From contig NC_045697.1 of NCBI RefSeq assembly GCF_009834535.1, positions 67,644,001 through 67,708,000 on the forward strand: DNA of 64,000 nucleotides. The letters are read 5' to 3'. This document shows, one piece after another, positions 53,156-64,000 of this stretch (position 1 is its first letter; each line of letters begins with the position of its first letter). This stretch comes from Camelus ferus (Eukaryota). Below the pieces are notes generated by a model, which did no database searches, was not told the origin of the DNA, and was given only the letters and a program-made list of their open reading frames with translations. The translations under genes and the position numbers were made by a program.

Positions 53156-53655
53156 TATAAGACCCTTAGTTGGAGGATTCTCTCAAAGGCTCATGAGACC
53201 AATCATATCAACTGAAAGACAGACTTGCATTTACTCTGCACACCAGGAAGGGAGCGCCATGCAGATCAGGCACAGCCTATTTGAGCAGAGGTGACTGCAA
53301 ATTATATATAATATTTTGGGGGAAGGGTGGAGTTCAGGAATCAGTGGAGTTCAGGGGTAGAAGTGGGTTGAAAACTGGGTGAGACTGTTACTGACTGGTT
53401 GGCCTCAGAGGTGTGTGAAGTGGTGTGCCTAGTCCCTGAGTAGCTGAATTTCAGAATGAAAGGACTTTCTTATTAGTCAGTTTGCAAGTTGTTGTCAATC
53501 AAGTGAATGGGTTATAAACTGGTTCTGAGGGCTACTCATTACTATGACGACAAAAATACCAGTTTTTCCTAAGACTGTAGGAATTTTTCCTCTCAATTCT
53601 AGTTAAAACTCTAAGCTATGTCTCAATCAGTTAATTTTTTGGGTTTATTTCTATA
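53156..53655 (-). mobile_element. Probable old ERV solo LTR (family not resolved)
   Basis: Antisense LTR layout: 'atttact' near the start, 'ttatatata', then G-rich 'gggtggagt...ctgactggttgg'. Confidence 0.45.
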
Positions 53656-54209
53656 AAAGAATAGAAATCTTATTTCTTACTGTACTGACTGTAATATGGA
53701 AGATTCTCTATGAGAAGCATATACCCATTCGTTATCACGTGTTTGGTTGCCAACATCTCAAAGTCAGCCCCTGGTACACGCCATTATTGATGCTTCAAGT
53801 CTTTTTTTCTTACAATTTGAGTAAAGAATAAATTGTGGTGGATCACTTGGAATGTTTTTATAGGGAACAGTAATATTTAATCATCATACTTAAGTAATAT
53901 ACCTCCCTGATAAATATGTCTTCTTCTTATTTGCATCCAAAGGATTTCAGTAGCATTAAAATAGTAAGTAAAATAACAAATAACATAAATAGAATAAGTA
54001 AAGGACTAAATAATAAAATGATTCTCATTCAAGAAATTCTTGCAAAATTTTAACTGGTCTTTCTTTTTTTGTCTTCCTTGGAATTAAGTTATTTTTATCA
54101 TTACCTCTTTTACAAGCCTTTTATGTATATACATTTTAGATTATCTCTAACAGTAGCATAGTCATGAAAAGTGGGAGAGTGAAATAAATATTCATATATA
54201 TGCATTTTA

Positions 54210-54485
54210 CAGTTTGAGATGAGGCTCCTGGAGTCAGACTGTCTGTATTCAAATCTGGGCTCCATTTCTTCCCATGTAAGTGACCTTGGGTACATGACTT
54301 GACCACTCCAGTCCTCAAATTCCTGCTCTATGAAATGTAGAGAATCTCAGAATCTTCCTCATGGGGTTACTGTGAGGAATCAATAAGGTGATACCCACAG
54401 AATTCTCGCATTGTACCTTGTTAAAAGGGAGCCTTTTGTAGGTGTTAGGTGCTAACATTACCATTATTGCTGTTTATTACTACTG
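54210..54485 (+). mobile_element. MIR SINE
   Basis: 'ctggagtcagactgtctgtattcaaatc...gtgaccttggg'. Confidence 0.85.
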
Positions 54486-57099
54486 CTGAGATCTTCTACA
54501 AGTTAAGTTATTGGTAGATACTATATTATTTTCAATTTTTATAATTTAAACAAATCAATATGTATTTGTTAAGCAGATATTATATTTGTGCATACTACTA
54601 AATTAAATGCAAAGAACATAATTAAAAATTAATAATAGATTTTGATTACCATTAAGAAACTATAATACAAGTTAAGATAGGGATTCAATTTTATATTCTT
54701 TTAGATGGATAGTGACTTACTGTCAGCACCGTTTGTTTTACGTCTACCAAAATCCTGTTCATTTGATTACAATGTCTTTACACTATGTTCTACCACCATA
54801 TACTTTTTTTCTTCTTCTCTTAAAATTTTGTGGCTAGTCTCAGATAGTATTTGCTATTTAAAATAGGAAATATACTAATACATTGAAAAACATGACAAAA
54901 TGTGATTGTCCCCTAATGCCACTTTTGAGTTTCCAGTTGGATTTGCATATACACAATCTTTTGGAGAGCTGGTAATTATATGGCAACAAATTCTTTCACA
55001 TGAGAGAGATACATGGGCTTTCCATGTATTCAGATAATATTTTATGACATCTGATGAAATTAAATAGTTTCTTCTGAGTCTTTTGCTTCTCCAAATTTAC
55101 TTTCAAATTTTAAAGTTTATATAATGTATCATATTTATACACTTAGAATGACTTTCCCTTTTCCTTTTCTAAGAATAATGCTAATACTACTAGTTAAGAA
55201 ATAGCCCATGTATGACATATTGCTAAACTTTGATACTTGGAGGGAAGCAAGACTGAATTTGTAATGAACAAGCTAATTTTATTGAAATACTAGTTGTTCC
55301 AAATGGTATTCTTATTTTTACAGTCACATTGCAGAATTGTGTTTAACTGTTCAACTGAACCAACTATTAACGTTATTTTGCTTGGCCATGTTAAATAGGT
55401 CTAATTGTGACTTTTACATATAATTTTTCTTCTCCTATTAGATTTTTAAGTATGATACTCTCTAAAGACAGGAAAATAAGGAAAATTGCTTCTTTTAGAT
55501 GTTTTCTACTTTAGATGTTTCATAATGATGCTATCTACCAATTACTCTTTACTTTCACAATTTTCTGTGATGACCTAAAATTAACTAAATAAATGGAGAG
55601 TGGTTGTTACCATGTGCTAAACACCATGTGGTGTCCCAGTAGGTTATAGATATGAATTAAGCCAGGTATGCTCTCTGCCTTCATAGGGCTGAGAGTCTAT
55701 AGCAGAGAACGGTACTCTTTCCAAAATACTAGAAAAACCCTCTATCTATACACTCTTCAATGACTTCTGAATTGATTATAGATTTTTTTTTTGTCTAATC
55801 AATTGATGATAATATTAGGTAAAAATGAAACTATCATGCATCAATAAAGATGAGCTAATTAGCTCATAGATTAAGAAATCTGTGTCTATGAGTCCATGAC
55901 TATGTGTTTGATCATGATTTATTTTACTCTTTTCCGTGACTGCAGCCTAAGCACTTAACACTAGGCAGTTCTTGCAAGGGGGGTTATGCCAGACATTGTG
56001 AGTGTTTCAACACCTGTTCCCATTTGGGGGAAATGTTTTTCAAGTTGACCAGTAGCAGTATCTTTATTTACAGAGGGCAAGACCTCTTCAACAAACAAAT
56101 GCGTGGGTTTGTTTTTTTTTAATGTATTGCCATGAGACATTTGCCTTTTTGTGGTTAAGGTATCTGCCACGTTAATATCTGTCTCTGATCTCATCATTTT
56201 ACAACACCAATTGCAGATAAATTCTAAAGAAAATTTAATATCCCTTCCAACACAGCAATAAGCAACCCTCCTAGACAGAATTAAGATTGCAGTCTCCAAC
56301 TTTGCTTTCCTGATGATGTATTTTACTATAAAACTAAATTTACATCAACATAAGAGTGGTCATTTAATTGAACAAATATATTTGTATTCACCAGTCATTC
56401 AATACCCTCAATTATGATATATAAATTCAGATAGTAAATTAACAATCTCTTGAATAATTGTTATATGATATCATTTTTAGATGTGACTGTACAGTAAAAG
56501 TGTATAAAAATTTTCAAAATTTGATATGAAAAACATTGGCTAAATGATCATACAGTGAACATTTTATTAATGAACGCCATATCACTTTTAGAAAGGTTAT
56601 AGAGGATCAAAGATTGCACTGGTGATTTTATATCTGCTATTATATATAAGATCACTCATGTGATAGAAATCTCTTCCTCTGTTCAAGTTTCTCTTTTCCC
56701 TCCCTCTCAGATCTCTCGTGAGTTCCACCATCTGTTTCTAAAAGAGCAATACACCTGCCTAGCCTCCAGCTATTGTGCCTGTGACTCTGGCAATCGGATG
56801 AAACAGCCAGTAACTTGACAGATATGGTAGCTCTCTCTGTTGCTTAGCCCCCTCCCCAGAAACAGCGTTTTAACTCCCTCCATGTGTGAGCAGTAAGCCC
56901 GTTTTCTTAGGATTTGGCATGCCAACCTAACAGCTCTGTGGAGAGGACCTGAGAGCAGCTTGCAGAAGCTGAGAGCAATGTCTGTGTGTTAGGCAGCAAG
57001 AAAGCAAAGGCATGAGTCTTACAGACACAAGGGACTGGGTTCTCCAACCCAACATTCCCCCTTCCCCAGAGCCTCCAGTTCTTGGGCATTTAGACTGTT

Positions 57100-57355
57100 G
57101 AGGGTGTATTAGTTTTTAAGCAAGTAGTCTCTGAAGGAAGCCTACTCACATGTGAATTTCAGCTCCATTACAAGCTTGCTGTGTGACTTTGGGTAAGTCA
57201 CTTAACATTTCTGTGCTTCAGTTTCTAAAAGTATAAAATGGGTCCAAAATAGTACTTATTTTATAGGGTTATTGTGTGTATTAAATGAGTTAATATACAT
57301 AAAATACTTAGAAGAATTCCTGGCATATAGAGAAGTCCTCAATAAATGTTAGTCA
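57100..57355 (+). mobile_element. MIR SINE
   Basis: 'tgtgtgactttgggtaagtcacttaac...cctggcatatag...caataaatgttag'. Confidence 0.9.
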
Positions 57356-57879
57356 TTTAGATTGTATACCATATTTTGGTTTTTACAACTGTTAGACAAA
57401 TGCTAGATTAGAAATGTAATGACAATTAAATCATGGAATCAAATCATTGTATATAGTAAGAACAAAATCATTTTCTATTACAAAATAGTAAACTGTAAAC
57501 TATACGGAAACTTGAAAATGGTGAAAAATTTTCTTTTCCAAGTGGGAGGGAACTATTTGCAAAAAGGGCAAGTATTTGATTTGTCCTATACCCTCAGAAC
57601 TTGGATAATATTTAAGTTCATGCTTTACCCAAAATGAGACCAATTTAGAGTTCTTCATCTCCATGGCTCAAATAGCTTCTCAATTTATTTGCCTATTCTG
57701 AATTATTTTAAATTATTATTATAAATATTAGAAGAAAGGATAAATAAATCTCTCCAAACATTTAAAAAATGGTGGCACATCTACTGCTATAAAATTATGA
57801 ACCAATACAGTGCCAAGTACAAATACAAATCCCCTGGGGAATAAGAATGAACTCTGTTTCACAAACCCACATTAGGTAG

Positions 57880-58030
57880 AATGGTTGTCCTCAAACATGG
57901 GATCTTGTTAAAATGTAGATTTTGATTCAGTAGCTCTGGGGTGGGACGCAAGCCTATGCATTTGTAAAAAGGCCCCTAGTAATACACACATCCTTGGCCC
58001 ACAGACCCCTTTTAAGACAAAGGGACAGAC
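57880..58030. mobile_element. MER5-like hAT-Charlie MITE
   Basis: 'cttgttaaaatgtagattttgattcagtagctctggggtggg...tgcatttgtaaaaag'. Confidence 0.75.
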
Positions 58031-59221
58031 TATTGCTGTCAACCACCAGAACTTCAGGTAACATGGCCCATTTGCCATAAACCAAGGACTTTAATTGAAG
58101 TTAGTTTCTCTAATAGTTTGCTCAAAGTACTTGGAAATAAAGAACAAACTTTCAAAGTATATGTTTCTATGAATAACTTATAATAATCCTCAAATCACTA
58201 TGACTTTTAAAGTCAATTTTAACTGTAGAGTAGTGTCATTTCCAGGATCAACATGAAAACTCTTGTTTATCAGAATTCACCTTTTGCACCTAGCTAGTGA
58301 CTTAGAGAGCACATGTGGAGTATAGGCAAGGTTACCTAGAGAATGTCCTCACTTCACATAAACCACTTAATAAATTCAATAGTCCAAGGACACTCAGAAA
58401 GCAGTATTGACTCAGAGCCCACTGGTAATTCTTGGGCTCTGGCCAAGTATCCTGGAGAACTGCTATAGAGGCATATTTGCACTAGCTTTGCTTTTAAACC
58501 TATTTTATTTACAGCATAAATTGAAATTACTAGGCAGTAATAAGCTTTATCTTTTTAATTTCCTTCTTTTAAGTTCCCGTCATGATTTTGCTCTCTAAAA
58601 GCTTTTCCCTTTGTTTGATTAATTAAGCAAATTTATACACCCATTTACAAGGCATTTCCCCAAGTGTTACTGGAAAAACTAAGCATACATTTTGCACTCT
58701 ATGTAAAGAAGGCTTGAATTATAAAGGATCCATCTAAGTGATACATACAGTTTCCCCATTACAATTAATATGCACACAAAGAAAACTATAGCTGGCAGGT
58801 TAGTACTGGAGTGAAATGCTTTCACTGGATCCATCACTTTCTCAGCACCCATCTCTGACGGACCCTGCTCTTAGATAATTAAACAAAGCTCCTATTAGGT
58901 TTAATTTCATTAAATGAACTAAGTAGTTTCACTTTGTCTCTAATCTGATGACAACCTGTGTAAGGAAATGGAAAGAAAGTCAGGGAAATTCAGTTTGCTG
59001 CAATTTAACTTTATGAACAAAGGAAAATTACAACCTCTGCTGGCTTCTCTTCCCCACATAGAACACCTTGTTATCAGAGTATATATACCTCCTTTGGCCT
59101 TTTAGATGGCCTGAATTTGGGTAAGGAAGGTATCTTGAGACTGAGTGGTTCAGTGCTGTTTGGTAATACACAGGTAGAATTTTTTTTTAATTGACAAAGC
59201 AAGGAGACAAGTGAATTCTTT

Positions 59222-59768
59222 ATCCATTCATCTATCCATGGACACCTAGGTTGCTTCCATGTCTTAGCTACTGTAAATTGTGCATATATACAGTGGAATA
59301 TTACTCAGCCATACAAAATAACTAAATAATGTCATCTTTAGCAACATGGATGGACCTAGAGATTATCATACCAAGTGAAGTAGGTCAGAAAGAGAAAGAC
59401 AAATATATGATATCACTTATACATGGAATCTAAAAAATAGTCCAAATGAATTTATTTACAAAATAGTAACAGACTCACAGATATAGAAAACAAACTTATA
59501 GTTACCAAAGGGGACAGGGAGGGGAGGGATAAACTGGAAGTGTGGGATTAACAGACACACACCACTATATATAAAATAGATATACAACAAGGATTTACTG
59601 TATAGCACAGGGAACTATGTTTAATACCTTGAATAAACTATAATAAAAAAAGAATAGAAAAAATAATATAGATATATACATATATGTATAACCAAATCAC
59701 TTTGTTGTACACCTGAAACTAATACAATATTATAAATCAACTACACTTCAGTGAAAGAAAAGAGAAAA
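59222..59768 (+). mobile_element. Lineage-specific L1 3' end with short 5' inversion (59222-59283)
   Basis: Encodes the ORF2 C-terminus ATWMDLEIIIPSEVGQKEKDKYMISLIHGI* (59341-59433); TSD AAGTGAATTCTTT at 59209 and 59769. Confidence 0.92.
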
Positions 59769-60670
59769 AAGTGAATTCTTTTATCTTTAGTAATAAAAGA
59801 GAAAATAATCCAAAATTTTAGGAAAAGGAAGTTAAGATAGTATCATATTGAAGAAAAGGTATATGAGTGAAAAATTCATGCAGATTCAGCTACTCTCCCT
59901 TTCTTTGTACACAACTTTAAAATACATAGAATCCTTGCTGCTCCACGAGGGTACCAAGGTAATTATGGCAGAAGAAAGCAGTGACTGAGCCGTCCCTTCA
60001 GTATGTGGTTTTGTCTGAAAGAACTGAACTGAAACTTAGATTTTAAAGAAGCCATGTATGAAGAGATTGCCCTGAAATGCACGGAGGTGACTGCTGGAAG
60101 TACCTGACACACACAATCTTTGTAGAAAAACAACTGCCACTTTCAAACTTGCAGCACTAGATAATCCATCTATTTAGAAGAGAAGGGAGCTAAGAAGCTC
60201 CAGAAAGAAGAAGCAATTTAGACAAAGTGACCTGGCACAATCTCTTGGCAACCCTGGTCTGCCTGGGCACTCCTTCTGCTCGAAGTGTGTCCACGTTGTC
60301 CCCCAGCAGCTCCCATCACCAGCGCCGTGCCGCCAAGCACATGGGCGCACGCTCTGATTTTACCTTGACAAGAGATCTAATGGAAAAATTCAATACCCTC
60401 TTTTCAAAGTGAGGATACACTTGGGGAGGAAGAAGAAGTAATTGCTCTGCACTTACCAGAATCAGGTGCCCATGCTTCAAACATCATAGATGGGTCACGT
60501 CCATTAGGTGAGAGTTTAGCTTAACAGGGAATAAGGATACTATTAGAAAATGAGGCACTCTGGAAGGGAGCAAACATCAGAGACCTAGCTTTGGGGAGTC
60601 TCAAAAATAGTTTTTCCTATTTCACAATTGTGCCTAAAACTTATCCTAGAGCGGGAAGGAGAGAGGAAAT

Positions 60671-60845
60671 CCCTTCTCCCTCCTCTCCCTCCTCCCCTCC
60701 ATCTTTCCTCCTTTTCCTTCCCTTAACCTCCTTCTGCCTTCTCCCTGTCATCCCCCTTCATCTCTAGCCCATCTTCGCTTCCTCCACTTCTCTCCTCCTC
60801 CCTCTTCTCGCTCTCCTCCTTTTTCAGCACCTACCACCTCTTCGC
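60671..60845. repeat. Polypyrimidine/polypurine low-complexity tract with a G4 motif on the minus strand
   Basis: About 170 nt almost entirely C/T. Confidence 0.85.
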
Positions 60846-61189
60846 TGGGACCTCAGACTAGCCCCTGAGAACTAGAGTTCTAGTTATTTATGGGTTCAAT
60901 AGACTTCAACAGTCTGTGCTAAAAAATCTAACTATGATGTATATTTCCCCAGAAAACGTTTCTAAATGCAAACAACCAACCTAGGTTTGCACCTTTAGAG
61001 CCTGATTTTTCCCAAAGTAAAGGGGCACCACCGGAGCAAGTCTTCACACTGCTATGCTTAACTCCAGGGCAAGATCCAGGTTTTGGTGGGTTCTCGAGCT
61101 TCCAGATTGTTTGGGACCCTCTCCTCCAACTTAAAGGAAAAGAGTGTGAATACAGGATTTGGTAACATAGTGTGAGCTTACTTAAAATG

Positions 61190-61220
<31 letters not shown>

Positions 61221-61239
61221 GAAAAGAAGAGAAAAGAAA
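61190..61239. repeat. Poly(A)/(GAAAA)n tract
   Basis: Direct reading. Confidence 0.85.
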
Positions 61240-62734
61240 CCACACTAAACTATTGGAGGCTTGTATATTCTGGTCCTTTTTTCCTTCCAAGGAGTCTTTA
61301 GGGAATTTATCAGAAATATTTTGGAAACAATGTACCCTTATTGCAAGTTGACTTCTCACCTAGAATGCTGTCTGCATAATCACAACTCTTAGGGGCCCTG
61401 GGAAGTGAGGGGCTTTCTTCAGAGGCCTCAAAAAGCCTCTTTAGCTTTGTGTTCAGTGCACCTCTGCTGATCACGCCCATACCCTTTCAGAATGAACTCA
61501 TTTTCTTTTCTTTTAAGAGAAGAAAAAAAAATGGACAATTGTAAAGACATAGGTTCTTTGGGTATTTATTTTTAAGAATGTCAGAGCTTCTATGACACTG
61601 CTACTGGTTATTGCTATATGCATCTTTTAGGGAAAATGTCCATATTTAGTATGCATAAATAAATAAATACTTAAAGATTTAATATCATTTAAATTATTTT
61701 GAAGTATGTAAGTACTTGTCTATTCTACGTGCATTAGATTGTTTGCCATATTTGTTGATTCTAGTTATGATTATCCCCATGGAATGAAGAAGGCAGATGT
61801 GATGTGATGAGTATCAATAATTAAACATATATCCATTTCTAGTTGTATTCCTTGACTTCTTGACTTTTTTTTAACGTAGTTTTAAAATTTGGGGGGTGCT
61901 CTGTTTGCTTCCTTTAACATCTTTCCAATAACTCAAAATTGCATTTGTAATTTAAAAAATAAAGCTTCTAATATCATGTATCACATTTATTATTTTAGTG
62001 GCAAGTTTATCACGCTTCATCATTGAACCAAGAATTCTGTCATCTTGTGAAAAGACAGCAAAATTGCCTATACTGGTGAGATTTGTAAATTGGAGCCGAG
62101 TGTGAAGGTAACATGATGAGAAAAAGCACATTAACCAGCTCAGAGTTCACTGCAAGATGAACACTTCAACCTAGACGTGTGTGAAAGGTTGCTAACGCAA
62201 ACTGAAGACTCAAAATTTAAGGCAAGGAGATTTCGATCACTCAGTTACACGGTCAAAAACCATGTCTGAAAACAAGAAGTATAACATATCTTGCATCTGA
62301 ATTAAAGATAATTTCCCCATACATTTCAAAATAGAACTTACTTTATCCTAAACCAGATTCATTAAGCTACTCTAGGACCTTGGTATTTTCATGCCTCTCT
62401 TTTCATAACAGAAATGTTTGGAGTTAAGCTGATGCTCAGAAAGTTTGATTAACAACTGGAGGAATGAGAGAAACTAGAGGAGAACACGGCTTTGGCTCTC
62501 AGTGTCTGCCACCCGATTCACACCTTCATATTGAGTATTCATAGAGCTGGCAACTGAAGACAAGCTCCCCCAAATTATACAAAAATATCCAAGTTACTAT
62601 AATGGCTCCCCACTGTAGCTTCTTCACTCATCTAGCACCTCCTTCTCTTTATGCAAAAAACTATCATTAGTCGATATACTTGCACCTTCCTTGTTGCCAC
62701 CTCCAAGCCTTGTTCCTCCAATTTTGCCTTGGTA

Positions 62735-62930
62735 TCTCTAACAATCATAAACTTAGTAGCTAATATTTTTTATTGTTTGTTACAGGTTAGACACTGTGCT
62801 GAAAGCTTTATATTAATTGTCTTGTTATATTTCCCTAACAACTATATATATGTGATATAAGTATTGCTTTTACCCAATTTTTCAGATGTGGAGGATTAAC
62901 TGCCTCTTCTGCTCTAAATCTATGCCTTTA
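62735..62930 (-). mobile_element. MIR SINE
   Basis: 'agacactgtgctgaaagcttta...ttttacccaattttcagatgtgga'-type layout. Confidence 0.7.
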
Positions 62931-63384
62931 AGAGGTTTTGTTCTCTCCATGAACAAATACAGTCATTTTCTTCTTTTCTTCTTTTCTCTAAGTTATTTAC
63001 TCCCTTTTCTTACTTCACCATAAGATAATGTGCCTTCAACTCTATATTTCCTTCTGGCTACTTATTTCTTTCTTTTTTTTTTTTTTTTTATTTTAGTGAA
63101 GAAAGTTTTTTTTTTTTTTTTTTTTGAACAGTCATCTCTATGACTTTCAGTCACTAGTTCTTAAACTCTGGTTCATTTTGACCCACTGAATCTGGTTCAA
63201 AGCCTGCTGACTTGCTGAAACTGCTCTGTAAATGTTCACCACGACCGCCGAGTCAAATTGTCCTTGTTTAGCACCAGACCATCTGACTTCCATATAGCAA
63301 ATAATATCTCAACTTTAACATAGTTAGAAATGTAGACTCTCAAACTAGAAATCTCTTAATAACTCCACTTCTCCACTGCCTGTG

Positions 63385-63660
63385 ACGAGCTATGTAATGC
63401 TGTGTAACCGCCTTAGTTATCTAAAAGATGACACATTTCTATTATGTTACATATTCTATGAGCCAGGGCTCTGGGTATGGATAAACGGGGCTCTTTTCAG
63501 GGTGTCCTGATGCTGTGATCAAGGTACCAGCCATGGTCTGCTGTCTCACTTAAGGCTCTACCGGCAGAGGGTCCATTCAAAGCTCACTCACGTCCTTGGC
63601 AGAATTCAGTTCCTTGAGGCTATGGGACTAAGGACTTGAGTTCCTTCCCATCACATCATG
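63385..63660 (-). mobile_element. MaLR LTR fragment (MLT1-like)
   Basis: 'aagctcactcacgtccttggcagaattcagttccttg'. Confidence 0.7.
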
Positions 63661-63719
63661 TAACTTTGACTAATCAGTAGTATCTGATGAAAAAGTCATT
63701 CTGAATTAAGAATCATATC

Positions 63720-63972
63720 ATTATTATTGAACTAATATTTATTGAGCATTCTGCATGTGCCAAGTACAGCTCTAAATTCTTTCATGCTTTAACTCATCAC
63801 AGAAATCTTATGACATAAATCGTATTATTTCCTCTGCATTATAGATGAAAAACCTGACACAGGAGTAAGTTAAGTGAATTCCCAAGTTCATATAGCTAAT
63901 AAATAATGGAAACAGGATTCATGAATAAGCATTTTGAGTTAAGAATTTGCACTTACAACCACTCCACCACAA
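63720..63972 (-). mobile_element. MIR SINE
   Basis: 'atttattgagcattctgcatgtgccaag...atagatgaaaaacctgacacagg'. Confidence 0.85.
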
Positions 63973-64000
63973 CAGGTTTCTTACATAAATTATTCTTTTC

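Noticed and set aside
58841..58870. REST/RE1-like site (TCAGCACC...GGAC)
   Set aside because: Non-canonical spacing and a poor right half-site
60928..61359. 143-aa ORF with a hydrophobic Phe run
   Set aside because: The Phe run is translation of the poly(A)/(GAAAA)n tract
1..64000. CRISPR arrays, operons or other prokaryotic-type systems
   Set aside because: Mammalian non-coding DNA; no regularly spaced repeats or gene-dense regions

Overview
AT-rich, CpG-poor placental mammal genomic DNA, most likely a camelid (alpaca, llama or camel). Evidence: a Vic-1-type tRNA(Ala)-derived SINE, artiodactyl-type L1 3' ends, and no Alu, B1, Bov-A or PRE-1 elements that I could recognise. I found no protein-coding gene. 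The ORF-track entries are short and mostly lie in or across decayed repeats. Much of the window is interspersed repeats: MIR, L2, old and younger L1, MaLR/ERVL solo LTRs, and hAT MITEs. Family names come from recalled consensus similarity and many boundaries are approximate. Repeat-free blocks contain candidate regulatory elements and a few candidate splice-site pairs. L1 orientation bias hints that the window lies in an intron of a minus-strand gene or lncRNA. The clearest oddities are: a 22-bp locally templated insertion, two twin-primed (5'-inverted) L1s, a poly(A)-only retrotransposition scar, CpG micro-islands (one in L2 context), a PBX-HOX/MEIS motif cluster, and a candidate 26-nt microexon. 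I see no evidence for a novel multi-gene system.
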